A stretch of 15,554 nucleotides of DNA from Promethearchaeota archaeon. GTDB lineage: Archaea; Asgardarchaeota; Lokiarchaeia; Sigyniarchaeales; SOKP01. Shown here in pieces: positions 1-7,555 of the stretch (its first letter is position 1; every line of letters begins with the position of its first letter). A model generated the notes under the pieces. It made no database searches. It worked only from the letters and a program-made list of their open reading frames with translations, and had not been told where the DNA came from. The position numbers were made by a program, and so were the translations under genes. Location: assembly GCA_048940445.1 (NCBI GenBank), contig JBHLON010000056.1, forward strand, positions 1 to 15,554. Direction: 5' to 3'.

Positions 1-308
1 TAAGAGCCATCTATAAATTCGAATAAAACTCTGCTATGTTTTGGTTCATCCTTAATCTCCTTAAAAGCTTCTAGGTAACCAGACATTCCAAAATGGAGAA
101 CAAGGAATTTAGAATTAATTTTTACAAACAGATACTTGCCATGTCTGATGGTTGTTGAAAATTTTTTATTTCTTAAAACGTTCTGGAGTTCTTTTTCAGA
201 GACAATAAGTACTCTGTTGTCTCTTACTTTTACATTTTTAATTTCTTTGTTTAATGAAGTATCATCTAGGTAATTCTTGAATGTTTCAACTTCAGGAAGT
301 TCAGGCAT
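1..308 (-). CDS. mutM: Fpg/Nei family DNA glycosylase (formamidopyrimidine-DNA glycosylase), N-terminal part; gene runs off the left edge
   Basis: Manual translation from ATG at 308-306 gives MPELPEVETFKNYLDD...TIRHGKYLFV...LVLHFGMSGYL...KHSRVLFEF, open to position 1. It has the catalytic N-terminal PELPEVE plus the RxGKYL and HxGMSG motifs. Not in the ORF track because it is truncated. Confidence 0.95.
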   Translation of the reverse strand, partial: MPELPEVETFKNYLDDTSLNKEIKNVKVRDNRVLIVSEKELQNVLRNKKFSTTIRHGKYLFVKINSKFLVLHFGMSGYLEAFKEIKDEPKHSRVLFEFIDGS

Positions 309-348
309 ATTTAATCCTTAGGTTCTTATCAAAAAATTTAAATGAGAA

Positions 349-386
349 ATAAATATATAAAATTTCTATGAAAATTAAAATTTTCA
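349..386. promoter_or_regulatory. Candidate TATA-like box (AAATATATAA, 351-360) followed by a palindrome TGAAAATT-AA-AATTTTCA (369-386) in the divergent mutM/epimerase spacer
   Basis: Perfect 8-bp inverted arms with a 2-nt spacer read directly from the sequence. Position just downstream of a TATA-like element. The AT-rich background lowers significance. Confidence 0.35.
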
Positions 387-417
387 AAAAAAAATCCAAT
401 TTGAGGAGATTTGAGCT

Positions 418-1521
418 ATGACTCTTAAAATTGAGAGTATTGATATTTATAAGATCAATATCCCTATGAAATTTCCATTTAAAATTGCCTTAGGAACTAG
501 TTATGAAGCCAATAATGTTTGGGTCCGAATTAATTCAAATAAAGATATTTATGGGTGGGGTGAGGGATGTTCTTCTCTTACTGTGACAGGAACAACTCAA
601 TCTAATTCTTTTGATGCAGGAATTTTGATTGCAAAAAATCTAAAAGGAAAAGATCCTCTTGCTTTAAATTCAAGAATGTATGATATTGATAAAACTATTG
701 TCGGGCATTCACAAATAAAATCGGCTTTTAATCAAGCTTTATATGATATTTTAGGAAAATTCACAAATCTTCCTTTATATTCACTTTTAGGGGGTGAAAA
801 TCACCGGATTTTAACAGATTATACTTTAGGAATTCAAGATAGTGTTGATATTGCTATTGAAAAGGCACAACAAATCATTGATTGGGGCTTTCAGGCAATT
901 AAAGTAAAAGTTGGTCTGAATAAGGATTTTGACATTGATCTAATTAAAAAAATACGGAATCTAAGTAATAATATATCGATTAGAATCGACGCAAATCAAG
1001 GATGGAACTTGTCTACTGCGATTGAGGTACTTAATAAAATAGAACCATATAACCTTCAATATGCTGAACAACCTTTGCCTTATTGGGATATATTTAATAT
1101 GAAGAGATTAAGAGAAAAAATCAAAATACCTATTTGCGCTGATGAATCAGTATTTGATCATCATGATGCTTTCAAACTTACATCACTTGGAGCATGTGAT
1201 ATCCTAAATATAAAGCTAGGAAAGTCTAAGGGTATTACTACAGCTCTCAAAATAAACTCTATTGCTGAAAGCTGTGGATTAAAATGCATGCTTGGTTGTT
1301 TCAACGAATCTCGTTTAGGTTTGTCTTTTGGGGCACATTTAGCATCTGCGTTAAACAATATCGCTTATGTTGATTTAGACTCGGCATTAATGCATAAAGA
1401 AGATTATGTTATTGGTGGAATCAAATATGAAAATGGGGATATAATTATACCGGGTACTCCTGGACATGGAGCAGATGTCAAAGCAGACTTTTTAGAAAAG
1501 TTAGAAAAAGCAACGATTTAG
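418..1521 (+). CDS. Dipeptide epimerase (L-Ala-D/L-Glu epimerase-like; enolase superfamily, MLE subgroup)
   Basis: KVKVG (KxK), metal ligands in DAN / EQP / DES, second Lys in NIKL, C-terminal DLD (DxD) typical of dipeptide epimerases. GAGGAG Shine-Dalgarno-like sequence upstream (403-408). Confidence 0.9.
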   Translation: MTLKIESIDIYKINIPMKFPFKIALGTSYEANNVWVRINSNKDIYGWGEGCSSLTVTGTTQSNSFDAGILIAKNLKGKDPLALNSRMYDIDKTIVGHSQIKSAFNQALYDILGKFTNLPLYSLLGGENHRILTDYTLGIQDSVDIAIEKAQQIIDWGFQAIKVKVGLNKDFDIDLIKKIRNLSNNISIRIDANQGWNLSTAIEVLNKIEPYNLQYAEQPLPYWDIFNMKRLREKIKIPICADESVFDHHDAFKLTSLGACDILNIKLGKSKGITTALKINSIAESCGLKCMLGCFNESRLGLSFGAHLASALNNIAYVDLDSALMHKEDYVIGGIKYENGDIIIPGTPGHGADVKADFLEKLEKATI

Positions 1522-1688
1522 TAAAGAGTAGAGAAATCTAAAGTTATTCTTCTCTTTATTATTAAAAACATTAAGGATTCATGCTAAAATCTTTTATATA
1601 AAGTCTAAGATTTAGTGTAATATAAAATAAAAATTGATATTTCCTACTAAAAAAAGAATTTGAAAAAGTCAAATGGAATATCGTTATT

Positions 1689-2501
1689 ATGACGAAGATA
1701 AAAGTTAATGATATTAATATATATTATGAACTTCATGGAGATGGGTTCCCCCTTATTTTTATAATGGGACAGAGTGGCACTGTCAGCCATTTTAAGAATT
1801 CTATACTGTTTAATGATTTTGAAAAATATCTTTTTAAAAAATTTAAGACGCTACTTTTCGACAATAGAGGTATTGGACAAACAGATGACGTAGATAAACA
1901 GTATACAATAAAAACATTAGCAGATGACGTAGCAGGATTAATAGATGCCTTAAATCTTAGAAAAGTAAATATTTTAGGATTTAGCATGGGAGGTATGATC
2001 GCTCAAGAATTAATAATCAATTATCCTGAAAAAATAGAAAAATGTGTTATAGGTTCAACCCACTGTGGAAGACCAAAGTGTATTATGCCGTCTAGAGAAA
2101 CATTTTCTGGTCCACCACCTTTCCAGGAAGGAGTTACTCCAGAAGAATTAATTAAATATCAGATTCCCCTTGTATACACTGAAGATTATATCAATAGCAA
2201 CCCTAAAATTATAGATTATATAATCCAAAATCGTATATCTCATCCAGTTCCTCTTAAAGTTTATCAGAAGCAAATTAATGCTGTGCTAAGATTCAAATCA
2301 TATAAAAATTTACCAACTGTTCAAGTACCGATCTTAATTTTGCATGGAAAAGATGATCTTCTTGTACCTCCTCAGAATGCAGAAATATTGGCAGATTTAA
2401 TACCGGAAGCAAAATTGAAAATATTTGAAAATAGTGGACACGGTTTATTAACAGAGCAAACAGAGGCTGTTATGAACACGATTCTGAACTTTTTTGTATA
2501 A
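1689..2501 (+). CDS. Alpha/beta fold hydrolase
   Basis: GFSMGG nucleophile elbow, DNRGIG motif, HGKDD acid region, SGHG catalytic His. Substrate unknown. Confidence 0.92.
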   Translation: MTKIKVNDINIYYELHGDGFPLIFIMGQSGTVSHFKNSILFNDFEKYLFKKFKTLLFDNRGIGQTDDVDKQYTIKTLADDVAGLIDALNLRKVNILGFSMGGMIAQELIINYPEKIEKCVIGSTHCGRPKCIMPSRETFSGPPPFQEGVTPEELIKYQIPLVYTEDYINSNPKIIDYIIQNRISHPVPLKVYQKQINAVLRFKSYKNLPTVQVPILILHGKDDLLVPPQNAEILADLIPEAKLKIFENSGHGLLTEQTEAVMNTILNFFV

Positions 2502-2611
2502 TAAATTTAAAAGATTATTAATAAATGAAAGATTTAAAAGATAATATCTTTATATTTTTATAAAAAGTATGTATGTAATTAACCATCTATCTATAAATGG
2601 ATTGATGAAAA

Positions 2612-3073
2612 TTGGAAATAAACTTTCACAAATCGATTGATTCCTTTTCATTGGGGCATATCATTTATGGATTGATGGTAAATTGCATCTTTACCTTAGT
2701 TTCCCAATTTAATTTTTCTTATATGATAGGAATCTATTTATCACCATTAAGTATTTTTGCATTTATTGGATGGGAAATTCTTGAACATACATTAATTTAT
2801 AAATATATTTATAGTAAAGTTCTAAAGAATTGGTCTGAAACTAAGATGAACTCGATAATGGACATTGTAATTGCAGAAAGCTCTTTTTACATCGGTTTTA
2901 TAATTTTCTACGTTTTAATCCATAATGTATTAATATCAATAGCTAATTTGATTATAACGACTTGTTTAATCCCTATTGTAATTTTTATTTTAGTCAAAAT
3001 AAATAATATTAAGCAAAAAATAATTTTTGACAGGGCTTTGCTTTCAAAAGAAAGCAAGAAAAAAAGTAAATAA
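2612..3073 (+). CDS. Membrane protein, DUF2585-like putative metal-binding membrane protein
   Basis: About 4 hydrophobic segments with polar motifs D-x-FSLGH, WEILE and E-x3-NS-x2-D, resembling the DUF2585 pattern. TTG start. Confidence 0.55.
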   Translation: MEINFHKSIDSFSLGHIIYGLMVNCIFTLVSQFNFSYMIGIYLSPLSIFAFIGWEILEHTLIYKYIYSKVLKNWSETKMNSIMDIVIAESSFYIGFIIFYVLIHNVLISIANLIITTCLIPIVIFILVKINNIKQKIIFDRALLSKESKKKSK

Positions 3074-3098
3074 TTAAGGAATTTATAGATTTATTTCC

Positions 3099-3536
3099 AT
3101 GAAATATTTTAATTTAACACTTAAAATAATCCGGATGAAAAAAGAAGTATATTACCCATTATTTTCAATTTTAGGTACCTTTTTAATATATTGGCTTTTC
3201 ATACTAGCTTTTAATTTTATGAATAGTCAAATTGTCTTTCCTTTTATATTTTTAATTTTAGCTATTATTTTATTTACCTATTGTCTTGATCTACATCTCA
3301 TAATTGAGAATATTAATAATCCTACTTTAAAAAAAGTATTTTTTACTTTACTTTTAGTATCAATTATTATTATATCGAGTATGATAATTTGGTTAATTCT
3401 TTTGATCATTAATAATATTTATTACATTATTCCTATAACGATTCATATAATAATTTCAATTCTAATTTATTATATTCTCAAAAGAGAAGTTATTAAATAT
3501 TATGATATGAAAGCACATAATATTAATAAAAGTTAA
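3099..3536 (+). CDS. Hypothetical membrane protein (about 4 TM)
   Basis: 145-aa ORF, Ile/Leu/Phe rich, closely spaced between co-oriented neighbours. The start may be the ATG at 3135. Confidence 0.7.
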   Translation: MKYFNLTLKIIRMKKEVYYPLFSILGTFLIYWLFILAFNFMNSQIVFPFIFLILAIILFTYCLDLHLIIENINNPTLKKVFFTLLLVSIIIISSMIIWLILLIINNIYYIIPITIHIIISILIYYILKREVIKYYDMKAHNINKS

Positions 3537-3574
3537 AGACTTCTTGCCAAATTATAAAGTATTCGACTATATTC

Positions 3575-4519
3575 ATGCTATTAAAAAAATTAAAGCTTCT
3601 TAAGCAAAATCAAGAACGTTATTATTTAATTTATATTCTTTCTATTTCAATTATAACAATTGTTTTAATAATTCTTAGAATTCTTTTTTATTTCTTCAAA
3701 GAAGAACTATCAGGATTATTCTTCTTTGATTTATTAATAAAAAATCGAGATCTAAATTTTAAAACAAATTACAATCTAATGTATAATGGATTAATTCATT
3801 ATTATGAAGGTAATATTCTAATAAATGAAAATGCTATTTATCTTTACTTTTGGTACTTCATTTTTTACCCTTTTTACAATATACCTCTCAATGTCTCAAT
3901 GTACGTTTGGGACATTTTAAGATTTATTTCAACAATTTATATTGCAATTAATATAAAAAGAATAAGTCAGAATAGGAGAGAACTACTTTACTTTTTTCTT
4001 CTTTCGGGCGTTGGATACTTTTCAGATATGTATTTGAATAATACAAATTGGCTTATTCAATTACTTTTATTTAATTCTTATATTCAATTGAAAAAAGGTA
4101 ATAAATTGTTCTCAGGGATTTTGTTCAGTATTTCTACATTTAAGATAATCCTAATTCTATTTCCTCTAATCTTATTAATAGTTAAAAGAATTAAATTGGC
4201 GGATTTGATTTACTACTACTTACCTTTCGTTATTATAAATATTCCTTATATGATCTTCCCCGAATATTTTTTACAAATGATTTCAAATTGGTTCCAAAGC
4301 GTGAGCCTCTCATTTTCCCTTATCAGTCTTTTCCTTAACATTTGGCGCTTAATTCAGCCCGCCCAGTTAATGTATATAAGTATTATTATTCTTATTATCA
4401 TCGAAAATATAAAAAATAAGGAAAAAAAAAATAAAATTAGTTTTCTCATTTATACAATTGTTTTTATTTTATGGATTTTAATTTGGATAAGCATTTTAGA
4501 AATTGCATTTTTTTTATAA
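3575..4519 (+). CDS. Multipass membrane protein, divergent GT87 (DUF2029)/GT-C-like glycosyltransferase
   Basis: First TM followed by a loop containing an Asp (RDLNF), then YLYFWYFIFYPF (cf. YxYPP...P), DMYLNNTN (cf. GQ/GN motif) and SGILFSISTFK (cf. G...K). Motif order matches GT87-like proteins but similarity is weak. Confidence 0.5.
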   Translation: MLLKKLKLLKQNQERYYLIYILSISIITIVLIILRILFYFFKEELSGLFFFDLLIKNRDLNFKTNYNLMYNGLIHYYEGNILINENAIYLYFWYFIFYPFYNIPLNVSMYVWDILRFISTIYIAINIKRISQNRRELLYFFLLSGVGYFSDMYLNNTNWLIQLLLFNSYIQLKKGNKLFSGILFSISTFKIILILFPLILLIVKRIKLADLIYYYLPFVIINIPYMIFPEYFLQMISNWFQSVSLSFSLISLFLNIWRLIQPAQLMYISIIILIIIENIKNKEKKNKISFLIYTIVFILWILIWISILEIAFFL

Positions 4520-4524
4520 CGAGT

Positions 4525-4935
4525 TTAACCATTTTCATACTGCATGAACAAAATTAAGATATATGATGCAATGATGAATAACATAGTAACAAAGCTATAA
4601 GATGGAGCGAAGCAAGCAAATCCAAATATTCTGACTAAAAACCAAGAATTAATAATAGTACCGATAAGTAGCGATAAAAGTATTGTATACTTATACCATA
4701 TATTTATTTTTTCGAATTTCAAAATAATAACAACAGAAAATAAAAGTAATATAATTCTGATAAACTCAAGGCCTATTAATAATGCGTAAAGTATGAATAA
4801 TAAGTCTTGACTTATAGAAATTATCCCATTTATCAAAGATATTAGAATAACATTGATTAAGAATAAAAGTATTGATATGATGATATTTATGATAATTAGT
4901 TTGAGGATTAATTCATATTTGTAGTTTCTATCCAT
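4525..4935 (-). CDS. Hypothetical membrane protein (about 4 TM)
   Basis: 136-aa hydrophobic ORF filling the gap, convergent with the GT-C-like gene (5 nt between stop codons). Confidence 0.7.
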   Translation of the reverse strand: MDRNYKYELILKLIIINIIISILLFLINVILISLINGIISISQDLLFILYALLIGLEFIRIILLLFSVVIILKFEKINIWYKYTILLSLLIGTIINSWFLVRIFGFACFAPSYSFVTMLFIIASYILILFMQYENG

Positions 4936-5060
4936 TTTCCTAAATTATATGTAAAGCTAATAGAATAAATATTTTTAAATGAATTTTGATTAATAAAAAT
5001 TATTTATCAGAATGAAGTTCAAATCTAATTAAATTAAATTAGGACTCCATGTGAAATTTT

Positions 5061-5702
5061 ATGTCTGGAGAAGATATAGTTTGTGATAAGTGTGGTAAGT
5101 TAACTAAAAGAGATAATGCATATTGTATTCATTGCGGTGCTTATTTAGGAACTCATGAAAAAACACCTTCAGAGGCACCAAAACCAAGTTTTGTTAGTGC
5201 TAAACCACCAAAAACTAAGAAAAAGCTTAACATTGGTTATAAAATATTAATATTCTTTAGCGTAGTTATAGCTGTCAATTTTTTAGTTTCATATTTTGTA
5301 ATGCTAGGGTTTCAGTTGCCTCCAAGTGGTTATTTTCCAGTATTTGGCGGAATGCTCATTTTAGTACTTATAATTGGAGGTGTGATCTGGGGTGCTGCTA
5401 GTTCAGGTAGTATTGATGTGGGTGATATGGAGGGTTGTGGGTATGCGATAGGAATAATTATAGCAATTGTAATAGGTGTTCCAATTTATATTTTTACTGT
5501 TTTAGGATCAATAGTACAAGCGATAGCTCAGTCAATTGGAAATGCAATCAATGATGCGATTAACAGCATGTTTTCCCAACTATTCTCAGGTATTGAAATC
5601 CCCGGTTTTGAGCCACTTTTATTTTTTGGTCTTTTTATGTTATTATCGTTTCTTATTGTATATTCCTATCATCTGAAAGTAAAGAAAATAAAAAAATCAT
5701 AA
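5061..5702 (+). CDS. Zinc-ribbon membrane protein with C-terminal PGF/Loki-CTERM-type sorting signal
   Basis: N-terminal CDKC-x10-CIHC, Pro/Lys linker, three TM segments, then IPGF (aa 180-183, nt 5598-5609) + hydrophobic helix + basic tail KVKKIKKS. Confidence 0.85.
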   Translation: MSGEDIVCDKCGKLTKRDNAYCIHCGAYLGTHEKTPSEAPKPSFVSAKPPKTKKKLNIGYKILIFFSVVIAVNFLVSYFVMLGFQLPPSGYFPVFGGMLILVLIIGGVIWGAASSGSIDVGDMEGCGYAIGIIIAIVIGVPIYIFTVLGSIVQAIAQSIGNAINDAINSMFSQLFSGIEIPGFEPLLFFGLFMLLSFLIVYSYHLKVKKIKKS

Positions 5703-5715
5703 TTTTTTTTCTTTT
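5703..5715 (+). terminator. Oligo-T tract, candidate archaeal-type intrinsic terminator
   Basis: TTTTTTTTCTTTT immediately after the TAA of 5061..5702. Confidence 0.4.
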
Positions 5716-5749
5716 AAATTACAACATTAACATTCTTAGTGAATTAAAG

Positions 5750-6448
5750 GTGAAGCAAAGTCAAAATTACCAGTATAATTCTCAAAGATTAATATTTAAT
5801 TTTAAGGATAAAAAATATACCTTTTCTTTTTCCCAAATTCTAATTTTCCTCGTAGTCAGTCCTTTACTATCAATTCTAATCTATTTATTTCTTAAGTTAA
5901 GAATTAATTATTGGATATATAACCTTACATCTGCTCAGATAGTACTCATCCTAAATGCATTATTTAATCTAAATTCGGAGGTAATTATATCTTCAAATCT
6001 TTCCATATTCCCTTCGATTTTTATACCTAATAATCCTTTTAATGAAAACTATGCGATTACTGCTAATTGTATTGCAGCTCCTGTTTTTAGTATCATGATT
6101 TCAATTATAATTTGCATACCATCATCTAAATTACTATTAGAAAAAAAAGAATTTGTATGGAGAAAAGTAAAAGCTTTAATTGTTTCAATAGGTGGCATCT
6201 ATGTTCTTAATATTTTTCGAATTGTTTTTCTGATCTTTTTTAATTTTAACGGAATTCCATTTGAATTCATTCATGAATCTCTTTTCTTTTTATCTGCTGT
6301 TATTGGTGCTTTATATTTTGTAATCATACTTAAACTATGGTTACCAGAATCCTTTATTTCGATTTATTATTTTTATCGCTTAATTGTAAAAAAGTGGAAA
6401 ACTCGTGGAAGTTTTCAAAAAGAAAACGATAATATAATAAGATATTGA
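5750..6448 (+). CDS. Archaeosortase/exosortase family protein (archaeosortase H-like, divergent)
   Basis: Multipass protein with the family Cys-Arg-His triad in canonical order and context: ITANC107, LN154IFR157IV, FEFIH175. It also has the P...WRK segment between the helices. GTG start uncertain. Confidence 0.85.
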   Translation: MKQSQNYQYNSQRLIFNFKDKKYTFSFSQILIFLVVSPLLSILIYLFLKLRINYWIYNLTSAQIVLILNALFNLNSEVIISSNLSIFPSIFIPNNPFNENYAITANCIAAPVFSIMISIIICIPSSKLLLEKKEFVWRKVKALIVSIGGIYVLNIFRIVFLIFFNFNGIPFEFIHESLFFLSAVIGALYFVIILKLWLPESFISIYYFYRLIVKKWKTRGSFQKENDNIIRY

Positions 6449-6501
6449 ATTTATTTTAAAAATTTTATAAAAAAAAATATAAATTGATATTAGGATTTCA
6501 A

Positions 6502-7299
6502 TTATTTTCTAAAATGATTTATAGCTACAATTATGATTCCAATGATAATTATAATCATCGCTATCAGTGCAGTTATAGCAATTGTTAGATTTAATGGAAG
6601 TTGTTTTAAAAGTATGCCTAGGGAAGCCCACACCACAACAAGACTATAAGCAATATCTTTTCTGAGAAGCAACATTAATAATGTTATTATTACTACAATA
6701 GCAATTACTACAATAGTTAAAATTATTGCTAATAAACTTGGGAAAGTTACTCCATTTGGGACTCCGAAGGTTACTAATAAAGCAGTGACATTTGCAATAG
6801 TGGCAACAGTGATCCATCCAAGATATACGCTAAATGGAATATGTACTGTCCATTTTTCAATTTTTGAAACATCAGCTTTACCAATATTTAATCTAAGGTA
6901 AATCAAGAGTAACATTATCAATATTACCAACATAGCTCCCAGAGATAATGGAATAAGTTGATAATGCCAGAATAAGATCCATGTAAGATTGGCTAAATTA
7001 CTGATAATGAAGAAAACGCTAATCTTTTCTAAATAAGGCATCTCAACCTTATCTGACTTAAAGATGTCTCTAAATTGATATATTGAAAACAAGCCAAGGA
7101 GAATGTATATTATACCCCAGATGGAAAATGTAAGCCCTGCAGGAACGAATAAATTGGGTATAGCATCCGATAGTTCTTGAGTAGTTCCATAACCAAGAGG
7201 TAAACTAATTGCTAAGTAGTTTATAATGACAGCGGCAATAAAAGTACCAAGGTTTAAAATTTGTAGGATTAATTTTGTAGTTTTATTCACATTTTTCAC
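6502..7299 (-). CDS. TspO/MBR-related tryptophan-rich membrane protein (long form)
   Basis: PAGLTFSIWGIIY, NLTWILFW and PFSVYLGWITVATIAN motifs; about 8 TM segments. Confidence 0.8.
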   Translation of the reverse strand: MKNVNKTTKLILQILNLGTFIAAVIINYLAISLPLGYGTTQELSDAIPNLFVPAGLTFSIWGIIYILLGLFSIYQFRDIFKSDKVEMPYLEKISVFFIISNLANLTWILFWHYQLIPLSLGAMLVILIMLLLIYLRLNIGKADVSKIEKWTVHIPFSVYLGWITVATIANVTALLVTFGVPNGVTFPSLLAIILTIVVIAIVVIITLLMLLLRKDIAYSLVVVWASLGILLKQLPLNLTIAITALIAMIIIIIGIIIVAINHFRK

Positions 7300-7444
7300 C
7301 TTTTTAAATTTTTTATGGAATTCGAAATATTTAGTTAATTCAACCTTATAAATTATTTATTTTTTTTATTTCAAATTTATTAATTAGTTAAATTAGAGAA
7401 TATTGAAAAATAAGCCATTTTAATTAAAAAATTATAATTTCAAT

Positions 7445-7474
7445 AAATGAACTTTTTAAAGAAAAAGGTCATTT
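7445..7474. promoter_or_regulatory. Imperfect inverted repeat, candidate transcription-factor operator
   Basis: AAATGAaCTTTTT-aaag-AAAAAGgTCATTT, 12 of 13 arm positions pair. It lies in the divergent TspO-like/BKACE spacer, upstream of a TATA-like GATATAAG near 7492. Confidence 0.45.
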
Positions 7475-7555
7475 TATGAATTTTTGCAATGGATATAAGT
7501 TCCATCTTTGATTCTCTAATATAATTAAAAATTATATAATTTAAAAGTTCTAATC

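Noticed and set aside
1161-1358. 65-aa minus-strand ORF
   Set aside because: Antisense shadow inside the epimerase gene; no motifs.
1522-1558. Weak hairpin TAAAGAG...CTCTTTA after the epimerase stop
   Set aside because: Short AT-rich stem with a large irregular loop; cannot be supported as a terminator, SECIS or ncRNA.
1733-1987. 84-aa minus-strand ORF
   Set aside because: Antisense shadow of the hydrolase gene.
2597-2614. ATG GAT TGA TGA AAA TTG in frame with ORF 2612, raising possible selenocysteine read-through
   Set aside because: Adds only five codons, no redox motif and no convincing SECIS seen; likely chance.
7421-7542. Near-direct repeat TAATTAAAAA(A)TTATA at about 7421 and 7522
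   Set aside because: Pure A/T low-complexity sequence; expected by chance here.
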